The notes beneath the pieces were generated by a model. That model saw only the letters and a program-made list of their open reading frames with translations, ran no database searches and was not told the origin of the DNA. Source: a virus. Taken from it: a stretch of 64,000 nucleotides of DNA. Both the position numbers and the translations under genes were made by a program. Location: the IMG/VR virus record IMGVR_UViG_3300009159_008629, positions 10,273 to 74,272 of that record; one strand, written 5' to 3'. The first letter of the stretch is position 1; each line of letters starts with the position of its first letter. Positions 27,368 through 36,667 of this stretch are shown here, one piece after another.

Positions 27368-29998
27368 TTACGTCTCCTTTGGGAATCTTATTTTGAGCTG
27401 GTCGTCTATCAACCTGATAGCGGCGTTGTAGTCGCCAGGAAGAGTCGTTGCCTTCTTCTCGATGATCTTCTTTTTAAGGTTGTTGAGGCTCTCCTCGTTC
27501 CTGCGCGTGATATAATATGGGTGGAACGCCAGGGCTAGGAATTCCTTTTTCTCCTTCAGTTGGTCCGGGTGATGTTCGGAAGCCATCTTGATGATCTCCG
27601 GTCTCGGACCATCTTCGGTCTCGGAGCCGACACCAGGCGTAGCCGCCGTTAGCTTCAGTCTCGGAGCCGCCATATTTATCGGCGAGGACGAAGAAGTCTG
27701 CGCGGGAGTTCTGTTCGCGTCCCTATCCATGACGTTCCCGGACATGAAGTCTTGAACTATCGTGAGTTGGGAGAATTGGGTCAGCATCTGCGCCATCGTT
27801 TTCTTCTGGTTGACGACCGTGTCCAGCACGTGTGTGGCTTCCCGCTCCAGTTCGTTGCCGACGATGCCTTTCTCGTCGTGTATCATCTCCTTCAGTAGCG
27901 TGTGCATGGCGTCAAGGAGGTTCATCTTCCTCGTGAATTTATCCTTGAACAGGTTAAGCAGGGCTGTCGTGGTTTCCCCGTGGGGTATGTTCCCGGACGT
28001 GTTGAGGCTGTCTGCCTCCTCAGCCTTGTCGATGAGGTGCTTTACGATGTTCCTCAGCTGATGTCCGCGGTACGGGAACACGAACCTTCCCGTTATTGGT
28101 TTCCTTCCACGCTCCGAAAGATGGTCCAGCTTGTCGTGCAGGTCGGAGCCGAATTCGATGTCGTCCTGGGATATGAGGGTCGTGGGCATGACCTGCGGAA
28201 CTCCCATGCTTCCGTCTCTGGTTTTCCTGGTGCCGCCGCCATGCACGCTCTGCTGCAGGAGGTTCGTCGTCTCGTTCCTCGCGTACAGCTTCCTTCCGGA
28301 TTTGGTGGACAGGGCGTCCTCGAGCAGGTTCCTCTCCATCTTGGCGACCACGATGTCGTGTATCTCCTTCACGTTACTCATGGCTATGGTGTGTTCCCAA
28401 GCCGTGACTCCTCTGCTATCGATCCTGATCTGGGATATGCCTTCTACTATATCCTTGTACAGACCAGGATACTTCGGGTCCGAGTCCGGGTACTTTTTCA
28501 TTTTCCCGAATATCCTCGCTATGGCTTCGTCGTATCCATTAGTTCCGAACTTGATGGATCTCTCTTTCGGCTTGTTCTGGTTCGGGTGGATCGAAGCGCC
28601 GCTCTGGTGTCCCGGTATAGCCTTGTCGTACTCGTCGTGGTCAAGCGGAACCTTGTCTTTCTTGTATCCCACCCTCCTTTCCATCCTGTCGTCGGGCTTG
28701 GCTTCCCTGTAGTACCTGGCTGGGTTGAGGTAGGGCATTTCTACTTCCACATCTTTGCCGTTCACCTTCACCGTCTTTTTGAAGACCGGCAGGTGCACTG
28801 ATTGTTCTTTGTCCAGAGTTTTGCCCGCGCTGTCGGTTTGGTGTCCGGGTATCGGCGGACCCTTGATGTTTTTCAGGCTTTCGTCGCTCTTCTTTTTGTG
28901 TTCGAATTCCGCTTTGGCTATTTTCGTGATGAATATGCCGTAGCTCCGCTTGTCGTAAATTTTAATCTTGTATTTTTTTCCATTGGGCTCGTTCACGTGC
29001 ACCTCGCTCGATCCGTCCTCCTTCGTCAGCTTGGTGCCGTCTTCGAGCGAGACGTCGAAAGCCGGCATCGGACCCCTGAATTTTTCGAAAGGTATGATGT
29101 TGAAGAACTTGGATTTGTAAATATTGACGAATTTTTCCGTCAGTTTCGTGTCGATGAAGTCTGTTTCCTTCCATCTTTCTATCTTGACCTCCTTCCCACC
29201 AGGTATGTTCTTGGTCTCGCCGGATTCTGGAAGGTCTCCGTATATCCTGTGGAAGTTGTCGGCGATGAGCTTGTGCACGGCTCTGGATATGGTTTTCGCG
29301 AGCGGCATCTGCATGCCGGCTGTTCCCCTCGGAAGCTTACCTTGTCCCGGGTGTGGTTTCGTTAGGTCGAAGCCGTATCTTCCGTGCGGGTGCTCGTCAT
29401 TGTCGAGACCGATGGCGGAATGGGTTTCGCCCGCGGTCCTCTCGAGCTTGTGTGCAAGCCTGTTGATGAACGGCTTCGCGTCCACGTTGATCACTTTGGT
29501 ACCGAACTTGAACGTGTACGTCCTCACTTGGTTTTCGTTCTCCGGCACGTCGCGCTTGACCCTCTCGACCATGTAGAACGCGAGGTTGTTCGCGACGTTG
29601 TTGCTGGCGTCATTGATCCTGCCCTTGTGCTTTTCCCTCCATTCCTTCCCGTAATCCCTCTTGATCTCTTGGACCATGTCTCTCGTGAAAAGACCGGGCT
29701 TGTCGTTGACGAGGTACTTGTTGTGCCTTCCGCTCTTGAGAGCCCTGTATATCTGCGTCTTCATTTCCTTGGATATCTGCCTCCTTGACCTTTCCCTTTC
29801 GGAAAGAGCCTTGTAGAGATCTCTGTTGTATCTCTGGAGGAGGGCGCTAGCCCATAGTTTTTGTCCCTCGTATTCGAACGGGAACTGGTAGAGGAACTCG
29901 AGGTCGTCCTTGTCGATCTTGACCGCGCCCCTCTCCACCGCCCCGTGGAGAGCCATTTCCAGCAGGTTTTTCTTTTCCAGATATTCAAGGAATCTCAT
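27368..29998 (-). CDS. Large basic hypothetical protein (876 aa), probable internal/ejected head protein
   Basis: Starts MRFLEYLEKKNLLEMA (CTS-like plus LxE); lies between the neck genes; no Cys. Confidence 0.75.
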   Translation of the reverse strand: MRFLEYLEKKNLLEMALHGAVERGAVKIDKDDLEFLYQFPFEYEGQKLWASALLQRYNRDLYKALSERERSRRQISKEMKTQIYRALKSGRHNKYLVNDKPGLFTRDMVQEIKRDYGKEWREKHKGRINDASNNVANNLAFYMVERVKRDVPENENQVRTYTFKFGTKVINVDAKPFINRLAHKLERTAGETHSAIGLDNDEHPHGRYGFDLTKPHPGQGKLPRGTAGMQMPLAKTISRAVHKLIADNFHRIYGDLPESGETKNIPGGKEVKIERWKETDFIDTKLTEKFVNIYKSKFFNIIPFEKFRGPMPAFDVSLEDGTKLTKEDGSSEVHVNEPNGKKYKIKIYDKRSYGIFITKIAKAEFEHKKKSDESLKNIKGPPIPGHQTDSAGKTLDKEQSVHLPVFKKTVKVNGKDVEVEMPYLNPARYYREAKPDDRMERRVGYKKDKVPLDHDEYDKAIPGHQSGASIHPNQNKPKERSIKFGTNGYDEAIARIFGKMKKYPDSDPKYPGLYKDIVEGISQIRIDSRGVTAWEHTIAMSNVKEIHDIVVAKMERNLLEDALSTKSGRKLYARNETTNLLQQSVHGGGTRKTRDGSMGVPQVMPTTLISQDDIEFGSDLHDKLDHLSERGRKPITGRFVFPYRGHQLRNIVKHLIDKAEEADSLNTSGNIPHGETTTALLNLFKDKFTRKMNLLDAMHTLLKEMIHDEKGIVGNELEREATHVLDTVVNQKKTMAQMLTQFSQLTIVQDFMSGNVMDRDANRTPAQTSSSSPINMAAPRLKLTAATPGVGSETEDGPRPEIIKMASEHHPDQLKEKKEFLALAFHPYYITRRNEESLNNLKKKIIEKKATTLPGDYNAAIRLIDDQLKIRFPKET

Positions 29999-30046
29999 TT
30001 TTAGTCACCACCAAATAGATTGAAACGGTTATGTCTATATAGTATT

Positions 30047-30919
30047 ATGGACAACAATATGTTATATATACCGCAACCATCGTCGGAACAATACAAGTGT
30101 CTTTCCGAGTGCGGCGGCTGCACCGACCTTGGTCCCACGGACCCGCTCGTCAAGATAGGTCCGAGGAAATCGAGGCTCAAGGTGCGGGAGCAGATAAGGG
30201 AATACGTACTCACGATGCTTGGCGCACCCGTCATAACGATAGAGCTGGACGAGCAGCAGGTGAGCAACTCGATAGACTTCGCTCTCCAGATATTCGAGGA
30301 GTATGCCCCGATGGAATACTTCCAGTACTACACCTTCTTCACGGTCCCCGGTCAGTCGGTATACGAGATGCCGAACGACGTGGGCTACATAAGGCAGGTC
30401 TCCTACAAGGAAACGGCTCAGTACGCGTTTTCCGCGTCAGACCTCGGCGGCGTGATACCTTTGGAGTACATGGGCGCCGGGGCTTACGGGAGCATAGCCG
30501 GCGGCATCAACCCGCAGTCGCCCGTATGGGGCAAAATGAACGAGTGGGTCCTCTACAAGCAATACGAGGACATGTACAACAGAGCAAGCGGTCAGCAGGG
30601 CGGATGGGAATGGCTCGGCGGATACAACACGATAAAGGTGTATCCTTCCCCATACAGGGTTTATCCCGTAATGGTCAGGTATCTCCAGAAGAGACCCGAC
30701 TTCAAGCAGGTCACCCAGGCTATGCAGGAGGGGTCCCTTGCGTTCGCGAAGATAATACTCGGCAGGATACGGAGCAAGATATCGAACCCTCCCGGTCCGA
30801 ACGGCGGCGTACAGCTAGACGGACAGCAGATACTGCAGGAGGGTCTGGACGAGAAGAAGGATTGGGAAGAGAAGCTTCTCAACAAGTTCGGGGACATCCT
30901 CGGACCATCTATGGGATAA
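30047..30919 (+). CDS. gp13: Neck / head-tail adaptor protein (gp13-like)
   Basis: LGAPVITIELDEQQ, AKIILGRIRSK...PGPNGGVQLDGQQILQEG; TATATA 5 nt upstream of ATG. Confidence 0.88.
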   Translation: MDNNMLYIPQPSSEQYKCLSECGGCTDLGPTDPLVKIGPRKSRLKVREQIREYVLTMLGAPVITIELDEQQVSNSIDFALQIFEEYAPMEYFQYYTFFTVPGQSVYEMPNDVGYIRQVSYKETAQYAFSASDLGGVIPLEYMGAGAYGSIAGGINPQSPVWGKMNEWVLYKQYEDMYNRASGQQGGWEWLGGYNTIKVYPSPYRVYPVMVRYLQKRPDFKQVTQAMQEGSLAFAKIILGRIRSKISNPPGPNGGVQLDGQQILQEGLDEKKDWEEKLLNKFGDILGPSMG

Positions 30920-30934
30920 AAACAAGGTGGCGCG

Positions 30935-31480
30935 ATGACAGATTACAACACATGGCTGTTGAGGAAGAACCAGGAACTCCACTCGAAATACATCGAGTGC
31001 CGCGAGGAACTGCTCGGCTTGGTCTCCAGGGAATTCAGCAAGAAAATAGTGACGGAATCCGCCCAGGCTTCCAGGTACAGCATCCACGTAGACTATCGTA
31101 CCGACATGGAGGAGGTCTTGGTCTCCTTCGCGAAGCTCGTCCTCGGCTACGTGAGCGCCGGGCTGAAGAAGATGAGTTTCCACACCAAGCACGTGTTCGA
31201 CGAGAAGCCCCTTAGGCTTCTGGTCTCATCGAGGAACTGGGATGACGGCGAATGGGTCGGCATAGTTTCGTGGAGCGAGAAGGATCGTTGTTTCCTTGTG
31301 TCCAAGGGCTATTACAACAAGGACAGGAAGACCGTCTCGGTCAAGTCCACGAACAAGTGCCCGGGAACGGCGTCCGACATCACGAAGGACGTCAGCAACA
31401 TGATGCACCACCTCAAGACGCAGCCGGACAGGCATGTCGAGAAACTGAAGCCCGTGCCTCTCAAGAGGGGTCCTAAATGA
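30935..31480 (+). CDS. Hypothetical protein
   Basis: SD AAGGTGG; follows gp13; CTS-like start MTDYNTWLL. Confidence 0.7.
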   Translation: MTDYNTWLLRKNQELHSKYIECREELLGLVSREFSKKIVTESAQASRYSIHVDYRTDMEEVLVSFAKLVLGYVSAGLKKMSFHTKHVFDEKPLRLLVSSRNWDDGEWVGIVSWSEKDRCFLVSKGYYNKDRKTVSVKSTNKCPGTASDITKDVSNMMHHLKTQPDRHVEKLKPVPLKRGPK

Positions 31481-31599
31481 TCTGCGATAACTGCAAGGAA
31501 CACACGGATTCCGAGATTTGCCGCGCCTGCGGCTCATGGGTCTACATCCTCGAGTCCTTGCGGAGGTATATCACGCTTTCCCGCAGGAACTCCTTGTAG
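31477..31599 (+). CDS. Small zinc-ribbon ORF (40 aa, MICDNCKEHTDSEICRACG...)
   Basis: ATGA coupling to the upstream stop; two CxxC. Confidence 0.5.
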   Translation: MICDNCKEHTDSEICRACGSWVYILESLRRYITLSRRNSL

Positions 31600-32864
31600 T
31601 CCGCCGTCCTGGCGCATTGCTGCGAACTTGTCACTATCAACCTCGCCACCTCTATCTCTTCCACCACGAAGCCGCGGCGTTCCGCGTGTTTCGCGAGCAG
31701 CAGGTCAGTCGGAACGACTATGCCGCCGTAAGCCGAGTTGCTGACGGTTATCACGCAGAAGCCCCCGGGCTGAATGGCGGAATGCAGGTCGTCTATGACC
31801 TTGAACATGTCGACGAAATAGGACAGCACCATGTCGGGTATCTTCTCGTCGCACATGTCGGATGATCTGAGGTCTGAAACCAATTCGGAAAGCTCAGGCT
31901 CCTCGTCCGGGCACGCGGAGTTCATCTTGACGTTTGGGTTCTTCAGGTGAGACCTCAGCGACTCGCACCTAAGGAGCTTCAGGTCCTCGTACCTTTTGAC
32001 GAACCCTCCCATCCAGAGCTCCACCTTGTAGATCTCTGTGTAGTTGAAGCAGTTGGCGTAAGGCGGCGAGAATATGGCGCCTCCGATCGATTCCGCCCCC
32101 ATGTGGTCGGTCATGCGCAGAGCCGTGTCGCAGACCACGTTCGGCTCGCGCCAGCCGATCCCTATGGCGTAGTCCATGTCGGAAATCATTTCGTCCATCT
32201 TCGACTCGAGTATGGAGCGCGCCCTCGCGGCGTCCGGCACCGGGAAGTTGGAGGCTTTCCTTTTCCTTATGCCGTTCCCGTCTTTCCTGAAAGGCGAGCA
32301 GTCCTCCAGTATCGACAGCCATGCCAGCTTAGCCAGATCGATCGATTTCTCGGATACACCTTCCGAATCCTCTATGGCTCTCCTGCACCTCAGGAGGAAC
32401 TCAAGGGAGTCGGGAGCGAAAAGGTTGTCTATTATTTCGAGAGATGGTTTGCCGCACGGTTCGAATTTCTCGACGCCAGTCGAAATCACGTTCCGTATGT
32501 GCTCGAGACCGGACTTGTCATCCTTGGAATAGTTCCTCGTCTTCACCCTGGACAGCAGGCATGCGAACGGGTTGACCTCGAACCCCATCGAATCCAGACC
32601 CATGCGCTTGGCTTCAAGGAGGGTGCTCCCGGAACCGCAGAAAGGGTCAAGTATGATTTTGTTACCTTCCGTTCCGTACCTTTGTATTATTCCACGAACT
32701 AGGCTGGTAGAATATCCTTCCCTGTACCTGTACCATCTCTGTATCGGGGTTGACATGTCGTCGGTGTAGTTCACTGGCGACCTGTATGTCGCCCCGGCGA
32801 TTTTCTGGAAGGACACGTTGAGCGAGGAATTGATCGACTTGAGGTTTCGGTTCGAAAGGCTCAT
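31542..32864 (-). CDS. DNA amino-methyltransferase (SPPY type, probably N4-cytosine)
   Basis: WYRYREGYS, motif I ILDPFCGSGST, GFEVNP, motif IV FSPPY; no cognate nuclease adjacent. Confidence 0.85.
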   Translation of the reverse strand: MSLSNRNLKSINSSLNVSFQKIAGATYRSPVNYTDDMSTPIQRWYRYREGYSTSLVRGIIQRYGTEGNKIILDPFCGSGSTLLEAKRMGLDSMGFEVNPFACLLSRVKTRNYSKDDKSGLEHIRNVISTGVEKFEPCGKPSLEIIDNLFAPDSLEFLLRCRRAIEDSEGVSEKSIDLAKLAWLSILEDCSPFRKDGNGIRKRKASNFPVPDAARARSILESKMDEMISDMDYAIGIGWREPNVVCDTALRMTDHMGAESIGGAIFSPPYANCFNYTEIYKVELWMGGFVKRYEDLKLLRCESLRSHLKNPNVKMNSACPDEEPELSELVSDLRSSDMCDEKIPDMVLSYFVDMFKVIDDLHSAIQPGGFCVITVSNSAYGGIVVPTDLLLAKHAERRGFVVEEIEVARLIVTSSQQCARTADYKEFLRESVIYLRKDSRM

Positions 32865-33604
32865 TTCTTCTTTTTCCGATTCCTGCTCATCTCGCCGACC
32901 TTGGCGCAGGCTTCCATGTATCCGTCTATGTTCTCCCCGGCGTCCATCCACCAGCCCTTGACCTTTATGGCTTTTAGCATCTTGAGCTTCAGGTACATGT
33001 TGTTTAGGTCGGTTATCTCAAGCTCGTTCCGCGAAGACGGCGAAAGGCTCGTTATGAGGTTCCACACGGACGAGTCGTACATGTACAGACCCGTCGCCAC
33101 GCTGTTGGTCTTCGGGTTCTTCGGCTTTTCCTCTATTGAGGTCACGTTGCCCTTGGCGTCGAAATCGACTACGCCGTAGTGCTGCGGGTTCTTGACCTTC
33201 GTGACGAATATCCTGGCTCCAGTCGGATCACCCTCGAAATCAGACACCGCGTCCCCGAAATGGTTCTCGAAAAGGTTGTCCGCCAGAACCACGGCTATAG
33301 GGCTGTTGTCCGCCCAGTCTTGTGCCAAGCTCAGCGCGTCGGCTATGCCCCTCGGCTCCGACTGGTACGTGTAGTGCAGGTGCTTGAGCCCGAACTCCTC
33401 GCCGTTGCCGAGTATCCTCAGGAACTCCCCGGCTGCGTTGCCGCCGCAAACTATGAGTATGTCCTTTATGCCGCTCTCGACCATCGAGTTTATCGGATGG
33501 TATATCATCGGCTTGTCGTACACCGGGAGAAGGCACTTGTTCGTCACCTTCGTGAGTGGGTGCAACCTCGTCCCTAGACCGCCTGCAAGTATTACGCCTT
33601 TCAT
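32861..33604 (-). CDS. rmlA: Sugar-1-phosphate nucleotidyltransferase (RmlA/SpsI-like)
   Basis: KGVILAGGLGTRLHPLT, LLPVYDKPMI, EEKP, GLYMYD, RNELEITD, WMDAG. Confidence 0.9.
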   Translation of the reverse strand: MKGVILAGGLGTRLHPLTKVTNKCLLPVYDKPMIYHPINSMVESGIKDILIVCGGNAAGEFLRILGNGEEFGLKHLHYTYQSEPRGIADALSLAQDWADNSPIAVVLADNLFENHFGDAVSDFEGDPTGARIFVTKVKNPQHYGVVDFDAKGNVTSIEEKPKNPKTNSVATGLYMYDSSVWNLITSLSPSSRNELEITDLNNMYLKLKMLKAIKVKGWWMDAGENIDGYMEACAKVGEMSRNRKKKK

Positions 33605-34050
33605 GGTTTCCCGCCAATTTCCATTCGCATGTGGGTTCCGGATTTGTTGAACCCAAGATTATCATAGTATTCCGCCATGCTTTCGTCGCAGTCGAGGATC
33701 GCCTTGTAGCATCCGGACGACTCGGCTTCCTCGACAAGCCTTCTGACGATCGCCTTGCCGACTCCGAGACCACGTTTGCCAGGCAGCACCGCGACGTCCT
33801 CTATGTGCGCCACCCTGCCGCCGCCGTGTATGAACTTCTGCTCCAGAACAACGGTGCCGCAGCCTATGACGGTTCCCGATTCTACGGCTACGAATATGTT
33901 GATGTTGGGCGGCATTGATGCCAGTATGAACGAAGCCTGGTCCGGCGAAAGACCGGTAGGTCTAAGAGATCCGATTGTTTCGAGGAATCCCATGTAGAGG
34001 TGCTTGTTCTCCAGGCGGGTCACGACTAAATTTTCTTCTTGATGAACCAT
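33601..34050 (-). CDS. gna1: Glucosamine-6-phosphate N-acetyltransferase (GNA1-type GNAT)
   Basis: EQKFIHGGGRVAHIEDVAV...RGLGVGK...GCYKAILDC...YY..LGF signature. Confidence 0.85.
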   Translation of the reverse strand: MVHQEENLVVTRLENKHLYMGFLETIGSLRPTGLSPDQASFILASMPPNINIFVAVESGTVIGCGTVVLEQKFIHGGGRVAHIEDVAVLPGKRGLGVGKAIVRRLVEEAESSGCYKAILDCDESMAEYYDNLGFNKSGTHMRMEIGGKP

Positions 34051-34535
34051 GCGTATGGCGACACCCCACAAAGGTTTGATGTTCCGCAGACCTCGCAGTA
34101 AGCCTTGTGGTACTGGAGGTAGTGCTGCGCGAATATGTATTTATTATACCATCCGTGGCGACCGTAGACGTTGACGCAGAAGAATTGGTCGTCGGTCATG
34201 TCGGATATTATGAAGAAGTGACCCTCGACCTTCTTGGGTCGCAGAAGGTAGCTTGACTTCATCACCACGATAGACTTGGACTCGATGGATTCCTCTATCG
34301 AGGCTATGGTCGGCAGATTCTTCTGCAGGACGGAGGTGTTCTTGATGTTGTCGAGGCATTTCTGGAAGGAATACTGGTGCGTCCCGTCTTTCGTGCACTT
34401 GCATTTCTGGCTCAAGAACTTGTAGTCTTTCTTGTAGTTCACCTGCAAGCCAGCCCATTTCATGACATTCAGTATTGCTATAGGACCACAAGAATATTCG
34501 TTTCTTTGGGCTATCCACCGAATGTTGTTCATCAT
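34026..34535 (-). CDS. Peptidase C39-like cysteine protease
   Basis: AQRNEYSCGPIAILN, GT, GHFFII, CVN. Confidence 0.7.
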   Translation of the reverse strand: MMNNIRWIAQRNEYSCGPIAILNVMKWAGLQVNYKKDYKFLSQKCKCTKDGTHQYSFQKCLDNIKNTSVLQKNLPTIASIEESIESKSIVVMKSSYLLRPKKVEGHFFIISDMTDDQFFCVNVYGRHGWYNKYIFAQHYLQYHKAYCEVCGTSNLCGVSPYAWFIKKKI

Positions 34536-34650
34536 GAAACCTCATTTGCTTGGATTTGAATTGGCAAGTTATCTATTTTGATGTCTCAAAATAAATAACT
34601 TGTTTATCCAAAATTTCAAGAAACCTTCATGATGTACATTGGTACAGCAT

Positions 34651-35085
34651 CTAGTTCGTAATGATCTCGACGCCGTCAACTGGGTTTTCGGTCAGGAGCA
34701 CATCGTGCTTATGCTTGTTTTCGGTTGAGTCGTGGAGTTTTTGGGTGGCGGACATTTCATCCACCACATGTTCCACTTTTCCCTTGGACGTGACGATGTC
34801 TGGTTGGTCGAGTATGAGTTTGCTTTCGTTCATTTCTTTTTTCTCCTCTTGTTTGATCTCGGATATAAACCGAAGCATGTTGTGCGGAGCCTTGACAAGC
34901 ATCATGAAGTAGCTGTCGCCCTCGAATCTCTCTTTTGGGGCAATTGTCTTCTTGCCCTGGTTGGTAGGCTTCGGGAGGTTGAGATGTCCGCTGGTATTGT
35001 TCTCGTATATATAAAGCCCAGTCCCCCTTAAATTGTCCTGCATTTTTTTCAATCTTTCTTCGCTGGTCATTCTGTTTCTCTTCAT
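34651..35085 (-). CDS. Hypothetical protein
   Basis: Stand-alone 144-aa ORF with plausible composition. Confidence 0.65.
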   Translation of the reverse strand: MKRNRMTSEERLKKMQDNLRGTGLYIYENNTSGHLNLPKPTNQGKKTIAPKERFEGDSYFMMLVKAPHNMLRFISEIKQEEKKEMNESKLILDQPDIVTSKGKVEHVVDEMSATQKLHDSTENKHKHDVLLTENPVDGVEIITN

Positions 35086-35215
35086 TTTGGTTTCCTGTTT
35101 TCTTGAGTGCTGGGCATTGATACACTATCATAGTCTGTTTGAGGCAATAGTTTTAAGTTATTCTGGGCGCGTTACTATTTTACAGTCAACATGGCGGTTC
35201 ACGCCGGAGGTATAA

Positions 35216-35533
35216 ATGAAAAACTGGACTGAGGTTTATCCGCAGGGAAGCAAGGAGGGCGATGAGGAGCAGGGTTTCTTCATAGCCGTATCCAGGCATC
35301 CGAAATGGACTTGGCGGAGTGTCGCCCAGATTTCCAAGGAAGCCAACCTTTCCAAGCAGAGGGTCGAGGAGATCATCCAAAAGTACCACAAGAGGGGCAT
35401 GGTCATACAATGTCCGTCCAACGAGGACATGTGGGGTTACTGGGAGAACCACAAGGAAATGCTACCGAAGAAGCGCAAGTCGTCCACCGAAGAGGACCAC
35501 GACAACCGCCTTGATTCCGCTAAGGCATGGTAA
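35216..35533 (+). CDS. Putative winged-helix protein
   Basis: WRSVAQISKEANLSKQRVEEII..Y.KRGMV; SD GGAGGT. Confidence 0.6.
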   Translation: MKNWTEVYPQGSKEGDEEQGFFIAVSRHPKWTWRSVAQISKEANLSKQRVEEIIQKYHKRGMVIQCPSNEDMWGYWENHKEMLPKKRKSSTEEDHDNRLDSAKAW

Positions 35534-35571
35534 AAAAGCAAGACCCCCTTTCGGGAGTCTTGCTTTTTTTT
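35532..35571. terminator. Bidirectional intrinsic terminator
   Basis: AAAAAAGCAAGAC...GTCTTGCTTTTTTTT between convergent genes. Confidence 0.85.
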
Positions 35572-35590
35572 CCAGTTCCGTCATTTTAAT

Positions 35591-35839
35591 TTAATCCATG
35601 TGGTCATGGTTTTTATAAGTGAACTGTCCGTGATCCACCTTGTCGTCATCGACCTTTTTGCCCATCTTTTGGATGGCGTCAGCCGATGTTGGCATGAAGT
35701 AGGCTGCGGGGTAGTGGCTTCTGATGTATGCGTCCGGGTAAGCCCAGCTCATAATGCCGCCCCTAGTCGTCTTCTCGGTCAAGTCGTAAACGGGCAATTC
35801 TTTCTTGGTTACTTCGCAGAATTTGATAAAAGACTTCAT
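35591..35839 (-). CDS. Small protein with capsid-targeting-like N-terminus
   Basis: MKSFIKFCE...LTE; SD AGAGGT; TAGATA box upstream. Confidence 0.7.
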   Translation of the reverse strand: MKSFIKFCEVTKKELPVYDLTEKTTRGGIMSWAYPDAYIRSHYPAAYFMPTSADAIQKMGKKVDDDKVDHGQFTYKNHDHMD

Positions 35840-36025
35840 GTTTAACCTCTTTGCTATGTTTGAAAACTGACTTAAGCCAGCTTAAGGTCATATGTCCTAT
35901 CTAGAGCCCTGACCTTAAAATTTCTCAAAATATTATGCTGCCTATCGTTGGTTTGATCTTTAACAATCAAATGCAATCGTCTATATTGACCACCATATCA
36001 ACTGGTTAATCTGGCGGTGCGAAGT

Positions 36026-36667
36026 ATGTATGAACACAAAGTGGAATTTTTTCCCGTAAACTCCAAAATAAATGGCGAGATATCCGATGAATTCTCCAAG
36101 ATATGCCTGTTCTGCGGGAAGGAGGTTTCGATAAGCCAGTCCAACTTGCGAAAGATGCCAAGGTCGCTTGTCGAAAACGATTTCTTCTGCCGGTTCTGCA
36201 ACCTAAGAAGGAATTCGCTGCCGAGAACTTTCGTGTTCTCACTCAAGGCTCTGATACACCATTACCATGAAATTTTCTACCTCAAGGGAACGCAGCTTTG
36301 GGCATCGCAGATAGAGGAAATGGTCGAGCAGCACAGGATTTCCGGTCTAAGGAACTCGTCGATGGACTACGACGACGAGAGCTTCAACTGGTTCGTGGAT
36401 TCCTCGCTGGTCGGGGAAGGTGACGAAAAGGTCGGGATCGACGAGGTCTACAAGAGCATCATAGAGATGATCTCCTGCTTCAACATGTGGAACTTCGGAA
36501 TCGACCAGTTATTGGTGTTCAGGCAGACAAAAGAGGCGATGTCGTCGTTCCATGGCTGGACCGGCGATTCGCCGATGGTGTTCATGCCGCCTCCGTCAAG
36601 CCTAAAGGTGGTTTGCGCGGCAGCCAGAAACATGAGGCGTTCGGACATCTGCCCGAGGTCATCCTAG
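36026..36667 (+). CDS. Hypothetical protein with zinc finger
   Basis: CLFC...CRFC. Confidence 0.65.
   Translation: MYEHKVEFFPVNSKINGEISDEFSKICLFCGKEVSISQSNLRKMPRSLVENDFFCRFCNLRRNSLPRTFVFSLKALIHHYHEIFYLKGTQLWASQIEEMVEQHRISGLRNSSMDYDDESFNWFVDSSLVGEGDEKVGIDEVYKSIIEMISCFNMWNFGIDQLLVFRQTKEAMSSFHGWTGDSPMVFMPPPSSLKVVCAAARNMRRSDICPRSS

Noticed and set aside
31542-32864. Complete restriction-modification system
   Set aside because: No adjacent endonuclease gene; the methyltransferase is an orphan
33601-34050. Eukaryotic giant-virus (NCLDV) origin suggested by GNA1 and the many glycosyltransferases
   Set aside because: SD sequences, sigma70 promoters, intrinsic terminators and T4-like tail genes show a bacteriophage
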